The position numbers were made by a program, and so were the translations under genes. A stretch of DNA of 64,000 bases from Macrostomum lignano (lineage: Eukaryota): positions 1-64,000 of the forward strand of contig NIVC01002213.1 in NCBI GenBank assembly GCA_002269645.1, given 5' to 3'. Each line of letters begins with the position of its first letter. The stretch's first letter is position 1. Below, piece after piece: positions 53,173-64,000 of this stretch. The notes below the pieces were generated by a model. The model did no database searches. It was given only the letters and a program-made list of their open reading frames with translations, and was not told the DNA's origin.

Positions 53173-53890
53173 GCCGGACTTTGCGGTGTTGACGGGTTGA
53201 GCTTAGCTCTAAAAGCAAAGTTCAATTGCGAGGGCTGTTGGGTGTGGGCTGGATTGAGTGCTTGTTAGCTCTCTTAGCTCACTAGTTGGGTTTAGCAGAG
53301 CCGTGGGGAGACTGTACCGCTGGGCCTAGCTGTCTATGAGTCCGAGGGAAAGCCACTGTCTGTGGGCGAAACTAAAGCTAAGGCTTGAATTAAGAGCCGG
53401 AATGGAGGAACTATTAGCAGCCAAGAAGCAGGCGAGGGTAAGCAAAGTTCATATCGAAAAAGTACAAATTGTTTATACACTTCTGACTTCTTACGAATTG
53501 ATACGAAAAATTTTCAATTTAATAACATTTATATTTCAAGTGCAGCATGCTCTGCTTTGCCCTTCCATGTAAAAATGCCATATACTTCGAAGAATGGCTT
53601 TAATTTAGTGTTGAGTAGATAAAATTTTTGCCAGTTAGACAGTTCACAAGTGCGACAAGCTCAGAACTCAACTAGCTGCTCTGGTTGTTATTTAATTTAG
53701 TTCTTATCTGCACGCGCTGCTGCCAGACTCATTTTTTACGAACAGTTATGTTTTCGGTGCACTGCAGCGCACTACTTGCCCGCAACAAACCAAAATCTCT
53801 GTAGTGGTCGCGATTCATTCCAATTTTACGAGTTAACAAACAGCCCCCGGGCCTCACCTCACCTCACTCTATTACTCAGCTGGGGTCTCC

Positions 53891-54106
53891 GCAATAAAAA
53901 ATATATGCGTACATTCTGCGGAGGAAACGACCGACAATGTACACTTGTGGCGGGCTGGCTCCCCTTTGCCCCGCGACCCCTCCCCTAAACAGAAAGGGGG
54001 GCAATAAGATATTTGCGCACATTCTGCGGGGAAACGACGACAATGTACACTTGTATGGGCTGGGCTTCCCCTCTGCCCCGCGACCCCGCCCCCTAGCAGA
54101 ATGGGT
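53891..54106. repeat. About 110-bp diverged tandem duplication in the divergent intergenic region
   Basis: GCAATAA...ACATTCTGCGG...GACAATGTACACTTGT...GCCCCGCGACCCC recurs at 53891 and 54001. Confidence 0.85.
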
Positions 54107-54291
54107 TGTCAGAATGGGCAGACTGTACATTTAATCGCTAAGTTTTCTTACCCCCATTAGCTGTGCGTTGGTGAACTTGGAATTAAAAGCAAGGCCTTGC
54201 TGAATTCGCTCAGATATCTGCCCAGCACTCCCAACCCTAGAGAATTATATACTCGTAAGGACAAGCAAAGGTTAAACTCTGACTAGACAAG

Positions 54292-57200
54292 ATGTCTGGG
54301 ATTTTTCGACCTGGAATCTACCGGCTCCTCAGTTCCAGCCTGCAAGTTAAACTAACGCCATGTCGCGGCTTAGCTGACATACCAACAACTCTGAGCAGCC
54401 TCCCCACCATTGCTCGCAATTACGTTAAAGAGAAGGCCAACATCTGCCAGCCGGACGATGTGTACTTGTGCGACGGCTCCGAGGAAGAGAACAAACGCTT
54501 TCTGGAAATCATGCGACGCGCTGGCATTGCCAAACCGCTGCGCAAGATGGACAACTGCTGGCTGGTGCGCACGGACCCTGCCGATGTTGCCCGCGTCGAG
54601 AGTAAGACTGTCATCAGCACCTCTGACAAGCGCGAAACTGTCCCGGTGCCCAAGGAGGGCGTCAAAGGCCAGCTGGGCAACTGGCTGTCTCCAGCCGAGC
54701 TGGAGAATGCACTGCGGGATCGATTCCCCGGCTGCATGGAGGGCCGGACAATGTACATCATCCCATTCTCCATGGGTCCAGTGGGCGGACCGATCAGCAA
54801 GGTGGGCATCCAGGTCACTGATTCGCCCTATGTGGTGGCCTCCATGCGCATCATGACCCGAATGGGCAAGGACGCTCTTGAGGCTATTCAGGGCGACAAT
54901 TTCGTCAAGTGCTTGCACTCGGTCGGCCTGCCATTCTCAGGTGTCAACAAGCCGCTGGTGCAGAACTGGCCCTGCAACCCGTCCAAAATCCTCATCTCCC
55001 ACATTCCCGATCGCAACGAGATCGCCAGCTTCGGGTCTGGCTATGGTGGCAACTCGCTGCTGGGCAAGAAGTGCTTTGCCCTACGCCTGGGCTCCATCTT
55101 GGCCAAGCGGGAAGGCTGGCTGGCTGAGCACATGCTCATCCTTGGCATAACCAATCCACAGGGCAAGAAGAAGTATGTTGCTGCTGCATTCCCATCTGCC
55201 TGTGGAAAGACCAACTTGGCCATGATGCAGCCTACACTGCCAGGATACAAGGTATGATTTTAAATTCAAATTTATAGATGCAATAATTTAGAAAGTCTGC
55301 TTGGCTTGGCTTTGTTTATTTCTGTATAAATTAAGTTTTTTTGGGTTTTGGTAAATTTTATATTGTTTAAATACTGTTTAATTTTTGGTATACTATATAT
55401 ATATATACTATTCTATTGCTAGAAATGCCCAAACAGTTGTTGCCACCCACACCCATGACCATATGCAGGCCATCTATGGGAGACCCACTGATTTTTTATT
55501 TCTACTTTTTACATCCCATCCTTAGTGTAATAATTTGACATAATGTTTTTCTATATTAAATTTATATTATGTATAAGTTATTTATTTTTGTTTATTTATT
55601 TTTGATAGATCTATAAAAAGTTTATAAAGTTTAATAAAACTGTATAAATATTAATTAATAATAAAATCAAATCCTTGGTTTTTGAGCATTAGCATCATGG
55701 TGCCATTAGGTATCTCTGGATCCAAATTTATGAAGCTAAATTGAAATCCAGAATGCCATGTTAAAAAAGCTAATAATCAAATATAATCTAGCATCTCTAC
55801 TACCCTACCCTTTATACTGCTGAGCATCTCTGCTGACCCACCAAAGTTGCATTGTGTCTCCAGACTCCATGTTTACAGATTGCCTAATATTGACAATTGA
55901 TCAAGAAGTCTTGAAGTCTTAAGAATCCTAACAATAATAAAAATACTGTCTAATATATCTTAATTTATGCATTTATAAACATTTATAGCTCACTTTGCTC
56001 ATCTTGAAGTATAAATGATTATGAAATATTAATGTTATAAATTGTTTGCTATAATTGTTTGTTCCCGGCTCCCCGCGCCCTTCAGGTCGAGTGCGTTGGC
56101 GACGACATCGCCTGGATGAAATTCGACTCCGAGGGCGTCCTGCGGGCCATCAACCCGGAGGCCGGGTTCTTCGGCGTGGCGCCCGGCACCTGCAGCCACA
56201 CGAATCCCAACGCCATGAAGACGATTCAGCGAAACACCATCTTCACCAATGTGGCCGAGACTGACGATGGCGGCGTCTTCTGGGAGGGCCTCGAGAAGGA
56301 GGTGAGCGGGCGGGTGGCTGCCTGCTGGTCCTGGAAATCGATTGGCGTACCTTGGAGAGCAGTGCGCCAAAGGCTCCCTTTAAACAGCACCTGCCCGAAT
56401 CTTCCTCAAAAAGCAACAAAGACCTACCCGAATCTCCCTCAGAAACTAGCAAAGACCTGCCCGAACCTCCCTCAAAAAGCAACAAAGACCTACCCGAATC
56501 TCCCTCAGAAACTAGCAAAGACCTGCCCGAACCTCCCTCAAAAAGCAACAAAGACCTACCCGAATCTCCCTCAGAAACCAGCAAAGACCTGCCCGAAACT
56601 CCCTGAGAAACCAGCAAAGACCTGCCCGAAACTCCCTGAGAAACCAGCAAAGACCTGCCCGAAACTCCCTGAGAAACCAGCAAAGACCTGCCCGAAACTC
56701 CCTCAGAAACCAGCAAAGACCTGCCCGAACCTCCCTCAAGAACCAGCAAAGACTTGCCCGAACCTCCCTCAAGAACCAGCAAAGATCTGCCCGACTCTCC
56801 CTCAGAAACCAGCAAAAATCTGCCAAAAACCTTGAGTTAAGAACATCGATAAGAGTTGAGTCGCAGGCCCGATGCTCTATTAACTGTCAGTAGGCAATCT
56901 GGCATCAACTCTAGAATCTCCATTTTCACGCCCCACCCCGCCGCTGTCCCGCTACCCAGGTGGACACCTCGGTCGGCGTCACCAGCTGGAAGGGCGAGAT
57001 GTGGACGCCGTACAACCGCATCCTGGCCGCGCACCCCAACTCCCGCTTCTGCGCCCCGGCCTCGCAGTGCCCCTCCATGGACCCCGACTGGGAGAGCCCG
57101 GCCGGCGTTCCCATCAGCGCCATCATCTTCGGCGGCCGCCGGCCAGCCGGGGTGCCGCTGGTGTTTGAGGCCAACAACTGGCGCCACGGCGTCTTCCTTG

Positions 57201-57706
57201 GCGCTGCGATGCGCTCGGAGGCCACCGCGGCAGCTGAGCACAACACCAAGGTGATCATGCACGACCCCTTCGCCATGCGCCCGTTCTTCGGCTACAACTT
57301 TGCCGACTACATCGACCACTGGCTGAGCTTCGACGAGAAGCCCGGCCTCCAGTTGCCGAAGATCTTCCACGTGAACTGGTTCCGCAAAGGCGAGGACGGC
57401 AAGTTCATGTGGCCCGGCTTTGGCGAGAACTGCCGCGTGCTGGACTGGATCTGCCGCCGGGTGGACAACGAGGACTGCGCTGTGGACTCGCCCATCGGCC
57501 GCCTGCCCAAGCCGAACGCGCTGAACCTGGAAGGCCTTGACAGCCCCGTCAACGTCGACGCGCTGTTCTCCGTGCCCGTGGACTTCTGGCTGAACGAGTG
57601 CAAGGAGCTGGAGACCTACTTCAGCAGCCAGCTCAACCGCGACCTGCCGCCGCCGGTGGCCGAGGAGCTTCGCCAGCTGGGCGAGCGGCTGCAGCAGAAC
57701 GCCTGA
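54292..57706 (+). CDS. PCK2: Phosphoenolpyruvate carboxykinase (GTP), probably mitochondrial, 640 aa, 3 exons
   Basis: Exons 54292-55251, 56086-56301, 56960-57706, all phase 0. [41 protein letters not shown]-loop [47 protein letters not shown]. Arg/Ser-rich acid-free N-terminal presequence. Confidence 0.97.
56389..56825. repeat. Minisatellite, 33-bp unit (ACCTGCCCGAAACTCCCTCAGAAACCAGCAAAG), about 13 copies, in PEPCK intron 2
   Basis: Direct reading. Confidence 0.95.
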
Positions 57707-58205
57707 GACCAGCTGGTGTGGATCGCATTCATAATTATATTTAACTTGCGGCAATGTCTTTTTTTGAGTAGAAAAGACTGATTGTGAGGCTTCTAAACTT
57801 TTCCTCAAGCGTAAGAGGTGCCGCAGCCGTCTACTGTGAGAAAGACTTCAGATTACCTGTGTTAGAGTAGCGTCTCGCATCCCTGCAGTCTGTTCAGGCT
57901 TCACGGCCATCCGAGTTGTCATCTGGGTCTTGCGGCTGCAATGCTCACAAATCTGCAGACACAAGCGTAACTGTTTATTACATAGCATTATTCTGTTCTG
58001 CTTCTCATTGACACTTCTCTGCTTTTTCTTCTTTACCTGCGCCTCCAGTTTTCTCCTCCGCAGCTCTGCCGCTCCCACCCTGTGACATTAACTAGCGATA
58101 TTCCTTTGGCAAATAGACCGCATTGTGCCAGCAGGAAAAGCTGATTTATTGTTCAAGACGTTGCGAACCGAAGCTTCTGTCTTTTGATCTTTTTCCTGTT
58201 GGTTT

Positions 58206-58225
58206 TGGCTGCTTCTTGTGATACG

Positions 58226-58261
<36 letters not shown>

Positions 58262-58299
58262 ATTCTGTCTGTCTGTCTGTCTGTCTGCCTGTCTGTCAT

Positions 58300-58358
<59 letters not shown>

Positions 58359-58372
58359 TAGTGTCTGTCTGT
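58206..58372. repeat. (TGTC)n microsatellite
   Basis: Direct reading. Confidence 0.95.
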
Positions 58373-59024
58373 CCGTCTGACTGTCCTGTAATTCGGTCTA
58401 TCGTTAATGCCAGACACACTAATTCACAATGAGGCTATTTAATGAATCTACTTTTACATTTCTCTCGGCCGCAGCCAGCTGAAAATAAGGTAACAACAAA
58501 AACAACACACGGAGAGAAACGCTGTGAAATGCGTTGCCCAGTTTCGCTGTGTTGCAGCCGGTTTTGAACTTAATTTGGCATTAGATGATGGCCCACTGAA
58601 AGGTTGCAACGGAGAGGTGGCAGGAATTCGCAGTCTTGTAAACAATGAGAGAAATGGCGGCTGGCCCGGCCGGACCCACCCAGGCGGGCAGGGCGAGCTC
58701 AGGGGGCCCGAGGTTGCCGCTCGTCCAAATCTCACTGCATGCTTTCTTGCTCACTTTGAGCCCGAAAATTGTAGGCGGGAGGAGCAGAAAGAAAAACTTG
58801 CGTGGCCACTCCTGTTTGCCTTTCCTGCATTCGCATCGAGGTTAAAATGGCTCGGCGGGTTGATGGAAGAAACAGAAAGAAAACTGCAGAAAAGGAGTCA
58901 GCCTGCAAGATTTCCGAAAAAAGAAAAGCGACTAGAACCGATTATTAAAAAGTAAGTTTTTTTATTGCTAAAGCTTCTTATCTTCTTTTTCTTTCTTTTT
59001 CTTGATTTTTTCCTGTTCAAGTAG

Positions 59025-59917
59025 CACTGATCTGCACTCACTGATCTGCAGTCACTGATCTGCACTCACTGATCTGCACTCACTGATCTGCACTCACTGA
59101 TCTGCACTCACTGATCTGCACTCACTGATCTGCACTCACTGATCTGCACTCACTGATCTGCACTCACTGATCTGCAGTCACTGATCTGCACTCACTGATC
59201 TGCACTCACTGATCTGCACTCACTGATCTGCACTCACTGATCTGCACTCACTGATCTTCACTCACTGATCTGCACTCACTAATCTGCACTCACTGATCTG
59301 CACTCACTGATCTGCACTCACTGATCTGCACTCACTGATCTGCACTCACTGATCTGCACTCACTGATCTGCACTCACTGATCTGCACTCACTGATCTGCA
59401 GTCACTGATCTGCACTCACTGGTCTGCAGTCCCTGATCTGCACTCACTGATCTGCACTCACTGATCTGCACTCACTGATCTGCACTCACTGATCTGCACT
59501 CACTGATCTGCACTCACTGATCTGCACTCACTGATCTGCAGTCACTGATCTGCACTCACTGATCTGCACTCACTGATCTGCACTCACTGGTCTGCACTCA
59601 CTGGTCTGCAGTCCCTGATCTGCACTCACTGATCTGCACTCACTGATCTGCACTCACTGATCTGCACTCACTGATCTGCACTCACTGATCTGCACTCACT
59701 GATCTGCACTCACTGATCTGCACTCACTGATCTGCACTCACTGATCTGCACTCACTGATCTGCACTCACTGATCTGCACTCACTGATCTGCACTCACTGA
59801 TCTGCACTCACTGATCTGCACTCACTGATCTGCAATCACTGATCTGCACTCACTGATCTGCACTCACTGATCTGCAGTCACTGATCTGCACTCACTGATC
59901 TGCACTCACTGATCTGC
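59025..59917. repeat. Minisatellite, 14-bp unit (CACTGATCTGCACT), about 63 copies
   Basis: Highly homogeneous 14-bp period. Confidence 0.97.
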
Positions 59918-60068
59918 CAGTCATAGAAGAAATCTGTGCAGCGCGGGAAAATCACAGAGCATCAGCTTTCATGTAAATCTTGCATGCAATTTGGGTTCGA
60001 TGGAAGTGCTTGCGAAGCTACCGTGCCGTCCCCTTCTCTTCCCACCGGTGCTTCAGGCTCGCAGCGCG

Positions 60069-60467
60069 ATGTCTGGCGGAACCTTCCAGAGCGGCTCCGT
60101 GTGGATGAAGGCGGGCTTCGTGCTCATCACAGTCGGCCTCGTGGTGTGGCTGGACGCCGGCAGCGTCGGCCTGGTGACCACCAACTCCAGCCTGGCAACC
60201 GCCTACGAGGCCTTCCTCATCATCGGGGTCTGCTCCTACTTCCTGGCCGTGATGCTCAACTTCCTCTACCTGTTCGTGGAGGGCACTGGCAGCTCGGTGG
60301 TGCTCATCGTGGGCCTGGTGTTCGCCTTCATCGCCGGGTTCAGCGCCATCATCGTGCTGGGCATCGGGCGGACCATTCAGCACTCGGACCGCATGGCCTA
60401 CTCGGCGGTCTGTGCCATCGTCAGCGCCATCTTCAGCATCCTGCAGCTGCGCAGCTCGCCGTCCTAA
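60069..60467 (+). CDS. Small four-transmembrane protein (claudin/PMP22-like topology), 132 aa, single coding exon
   Basis: High-GC3 ORF with four hydrophobic segments (AGFVLITVGLVVWL; AFLIIGVCSYFLAVMLNFLYLFV; VVLIVGLVFAFIAGFSAIIVLGIG; AYSAVCAIVSAIFSILQL). Splice acceptor 12 nt before the ATG. Family is uncertain. Confidence 0.75.
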   Translation: MSGGTFQSGSVWMKAGFVLITVGLVVWLDAGSVGLVTTNSSLATAYEAFLIIGVCSYFLAVMLNFLYLFVEGTGSSVVLIVGLVFAFIAGFSAIIVLGIGRTIQHSDRMAYSAVCAIVSAIFSILQLRSSPS

Positions 60468-60781
60468 ATACTTAATACTTTTATAATGTCCCTAGCTTGT
60501 CTACTGACCAAACGGTTGGCAGTAAATTGGAAATTGGAACGGTTGGAAACAAAGTTGGCGGTATCAAAAAAATTTCAACCCACTTTATTGCCTACTTGCT
60601 GGACAGTGTGGCAGTAGTATGCTTGTAGAACCGAAGCTTTGTTATCATCATTCGTGTGAGTTTTTAATAATCGAAATAAATTAAATATTTAATTTTATTT
60701 TTTTTCTTGAAATTCTGCAATGCTGCATCCAATTGATTACTCTAGAATGAGTTAGGAACAGTTGCTGGTATGCAACGAAAG

Positions 60782-61214
60782 AGGGTACGGGCGGCTGGTT
60801 GAAGGATTAAGGAGTAGCGGGCGGCTGGTTGAAGGACTAGGGGGTAGCGGGCGGCTGGTTGAAGGACTAGGGGGTAGCGGGCGGCCGGTTGAAGGACTAG
60901 GGGGTAGCGGGCGGCCCGCTGAAGGACTAGGGGGTAGCGGGCGGCCCGCTGAAGGACTAGGGGGTAGCGGGCGGCCGGCTGAAGGACTAGGGGGTAGCGG
61001 GCGGCCCGCTGAAGGACTAGGGGGTAGCCGGTGGCCGCTTGAAGGACTAGGGGGTCGCGGGCGGCCGCTTGAAGGACTAGGGGGTCGGGGGCGGCCGCTT
61101 GAAGGACTAGGGGGTCGGGGGCGGCCGCTTGAAGGACTAGGGGGTCGGGGGCGGCCGCTTGAAGGACTAGGGGGTCGGGGGCGGCCGCTTAAAGGACTAG
61201 GGGGTCGGGGGCGG
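60782..61214. repeat. Minisatellite, 30-bp unit (GGGCGGCCGCTTGAAGGACTAGGGGGTAGC), about 14 copies
   Basis: Direct reading; variants are ordered along the array. Confidence 0.95.
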
Positions 61215-61784
61215 CATGCGTCAGTGAGTTGAGCTAAGCATTCTATTAGATAACGAACGAGTGAGTGTACGCATTGGGTTATAAGGTTGTGTTTCCGTAA
61301 ATGTACCCAGAAATACCAAAGGCAGAGCAGAGTTGCACAGCTGTACTGTGAATTCGTCAGTTTCTGAATATTTTTTAGGTAGGGGGGGGGCTTATGTCCG
61401 GACGTATTTTCTTAAACCATTTCGTAATATGCGCACATTCCATTTCATTTTTTCAGCATCCCGGTAACTTATACAAACGTTTTTTCTGATCTTACTCCTA
61501 AAATTAGTTCATTGTTTAAAAATAGCCCAGGCGATTATCAATGCCCAGCAACTCCCTAAATCTGCCAAACTCACGAGGTCACGCAATGTCATTGGTGACT
61601 CACTCAGTTACATGTGAAGGAACCCCGGGCAAACATGAACAGCGCCGTCACTGCTTGTGAGTTGTGGCATCAGGGGCGTAGCCAGGAGCGTTTGATGCGG
61701 CCCACGTCTTTTGAGAGCACCATTTCAGAAGCACCCATGACCTTAATGCCAGCCTAGCCCTATATCATGGGCACCAACACCATG

Positions 61785-62190
61785 GGCACCGACACCATGA
61801 GCACCAGCACCATGAGCACCAGCACCATGAGTACCATGAGCACCAGCACCATGAGCACCATGAGCACAAGCACCATGAGCACAAGCAACATGAGCACAAG
61901 CACCATGAGCACAAGCACCATGAGCACCATGAGCACCAGCACCATGAGCACCAGCACCATGAGCACCAGCACCATGAGCACCAGCACCATGAGCACCAGC
62001 ACCATGAGCACCAGCACCATGAGCACCATGAGCACAAGCACCATGAGCACCATGAGCACCATGAGCACCAGCACCATGAGCACTATGAGTACCATGAGCA
62101 CCAGCACCATGAGCACTATGAGTACCATGAGCACCAGCACCATGAGCACCAGCACCATGAGCACCAGCACCATGTGCGCACCAGCACCAT
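61785..62190. repeat. Minisatellite of mixed 15-bp (CACCATGAGCACCAG) and 9-bp (CACCATGAG) units
   Basis: Direct reading. Preceded by a MITE-like end CAGGGGCGTAGCCAGG at 61671. Confidence 0.93.
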
Positions 62191-63341
62191 GTGTCGATAA
62201 ATGTTTTGTAAAAAGTTCCGTAGGAATGTTTCGACGAAAGTTCTGCTTGTACTTTGGTTCCAGCTATATAGAGACGCTGCTAGCAAAGCTTGTTTGCAGC
62301 AAATTTCTTAAGCTCTGGGCCCCTCACAGATCTGCGCCTCGGGTTTTTGAGTCGGTCGCTAGGCGCCATAAAACTTGGTTTTAGAAAGGCGAAAATTTCT
62401 CACCTGCTTCGGCCAGTCGACTTCGCTTCGCCTGGGTAAATTTGTTTAGATTTTATTGCCCCCGCTGACCCTCACCCGCTGAGAATTCACTCCCAGCTCG
62501 GGGCACCGTGAGAATCCAATTTCTGACTTAAGAGAGACTTTAATTGATAGACTGCTAAAATGGCCCTTAGAAAGACCCCGCTGGGCCACACACCACTTCA
62601 GCCCGCCGCCCCGCAACCTCTCCACAGGCTCAGTCCAGTCTCGCACGTCAAGTGGCCCGCATTTGGCTTAGGGGCTCAGGTTGCTCGTGCCCGTGTTTTA
62701 GGGCCGTCTAAAGCTTCATCTCTTCTCTCCGCCTGCTTCCCGCGACTGCGGCCCGGCCAGCTCTCGTCCATACAAATAGGCTCTTCTCTCTCCCTCCATT
62801 TCCCCACCTCAGAGAGCCCTGCCTGCCTCCCTAGGCTGTATCGCGCATGCAGCCCCGGCTGCAGCAAGTCTTCATTGCACTGGCGCTGTTCCTCCCTGGC
62901 TCCAGCTGTCTTGATAGGCTTGCGGTGGTAGGTTTGCACGGCTGCTCTCTGCATTTCATGGGCACGAATGAGAAAGAGTCACGCGCGCGACAAGAAACCG
63001 TTTTGGCCTCTCACCTGTACCTGTGCCTCACCTGGCTTGCTTGCTCTGTAGCTCACCTCAACTCTAAGCTCCTATAGCGAACAGCCAGCCTCAAAGCTCC
63101 AAACAGCGCGGCCTTTACTGTACCGCCCACCCCGACCTCCACCAGGCGACCGCCCTGCGTCACTGTTCTCTCTCCACTTGTCTCAACTCCCTCATATTAG
63201 CGCCAATCTAACGGCCCCGAGACCCCCTCGAGACGCAACGCGAAGCGCTCAAGAGGCCAGCTGCACTTCTCGTTGGCTTTCCTGACGCGGCAGAGAAGCA
63301 ACTCCGGAGGTGCGAAACCTCCGCGTGCATCGCTCGTGGCG

Positions 63342-64000
63342 ATGCCGCCGCCTCGCCGGCCGCAGGCTCCGGGCAGCGCCGGCAGCCTGCAGTCACAGCA
63401 GCCGCAGCGGGTGTTTGAGATCCCGGCCTGCGCCCGGCACCACCTGTCTCCGCAGCGCCGGCGGGAGGCCGACCGCACCGAACTGGAGACGGCCAACGCC
63501 GCCTACCGCATCGTGGCGCGCATCGGCGAGGGCAGCTTCGGGACCACCTACCTGGCCCGCATCGAGTGTGCCAAGCGGCTGAGCCGCCTCCAGGCTCACG
63601 AGGACATGCCGCTGTCCCCAACATCCGTCAAGGACCAGCGCCAGCTGCTCGCCCTCATGCAAGGCAGCTCAGTGGTGGTCAAAGAAATCAAAACTGCGAC
63701 TGGCGACTCCCGCGAAGCCGAAGCCGCCGCGCTGAACTCCAAGACGCTGGAGATTCACGGCCGCACCCTGGAATCGATGGATATCGTGAAGAGCATTGCG
63801 CACATTCAGCACTGCGACCACCCTTTCATCGCTAGGCTGCTGGACTCGCAGTACGCGCTCACCACGCACGACACGCCCTTCGAGGTCTACGAGTACTACG
63901 CTGTCGGGGACGCCATGCGGCTGCTGCGCTACATATCGGTGGACACGGAAGAGACCAACAGCAAGCACCGGGAAGCCACCTTTCTGCAGGCCAGCTCGCT
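63342..64000 (+). CDS. Protein kinase-like gene, N-lobe exon, truncated by the window end (absent from the ORF track)
   Basis: Open frame from 63294 (ATG at 63342) to the end: YRIVARIGEGSFGTTYLA (subdomain I), VVVKEIK (II), HCDHPFIARLLDS (IV), EVYEYYAVGD (V). Acceptor ctgacgcggcag at 63293. Confidence 0.85.
   Translation, partial: MPPPRRPQAPGSAGSLQSQQPQRVFEIPACARHHLSPQRRREADRTELETANAAYRIVARIGEGSFGTTYLARIECAKRLSRLQAHEDMPLSPTSVKDQRQLLALMQGSSVVVKEIKTATGDSREAEAAALNSKTLEIHGRTLESMDIVKSIAHIQHCDHPFIARLLDSQYALTTHDTPFEVYEYYAVGDAMRLLRYISVDTEETNSKHREATFLQASS

Noticed and set aside
54255-54286. Possible 32-nt 5' UTR intron just before the PEPCK ATG
   Set aside because: Far shorter than the other short introns here (76 nt or more); likely chance.
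56302-56835. PEPCK exon 2 frame reads through into [11 protein letters not shown] repeats
   Set aside because: A 33-bp unit is frame-preserving by chance. Canonical splicing to 56960 restores the conserved enzyme, and retention would truncate it.
56837-57808. 323-aa antisense ORF over PEPCK, and similar antisense ORFs over the lipase, GT7, CtBP and eIF4G exons
   Set aside because: Expected shadow ORFs of high-GC3 coding sequence; no independent motifs.
61760-62384. MSTSTMST / MVLVLM / Cys-Trp repeat ORFs resembling mucin or metallothionein
   Set aside because: Translations of the 15/9-bp minisatellite with no signal peptide or splice context.

Overview
Eukaryotic (animal) genomic DNA: spliceosomal GT-AG introns, very GC3-rich exons, AT-rich blocks and about 20 minisatellite or microsatellite arrays. 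The architecture suggests an invertebrate such as the flatworm Macrostomum; this is inference and cannot be verified here. Nine host gene models were built by hand and checked for reading-frame continuity. In order: eIF4G (14 coding exons, with a textbook U12-type first coding intron and a 14-nt microexon); V-ATPase subunit G, whose 7.9-kb intron contains a complete same-strand pancreatic-lipase-family gene with a 5-residue mini-lid; a beta-1,4-GalT-family enzyme with the GalNAc-specifying Ile; CtBP, whose last intron contains a same-strand intronless cadherin-like membrane protein with two single-base frameshifts; an uncharacterised tandem DUF1330-like gene head-to-head with a mitochondrial-type PEPCK; a small 4-TM protein; and the 5' part of an atypical protein kinase. 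Mobile DNA includes an intact DD34D mariner, a mariner relic, two RTE-like LINE fragments, several MITEs (two share one 8-bp target present three times), a foldback element and a tRNA-derived SINE-like relic. No CRISPR array, rRNA or intact tRNA was found.
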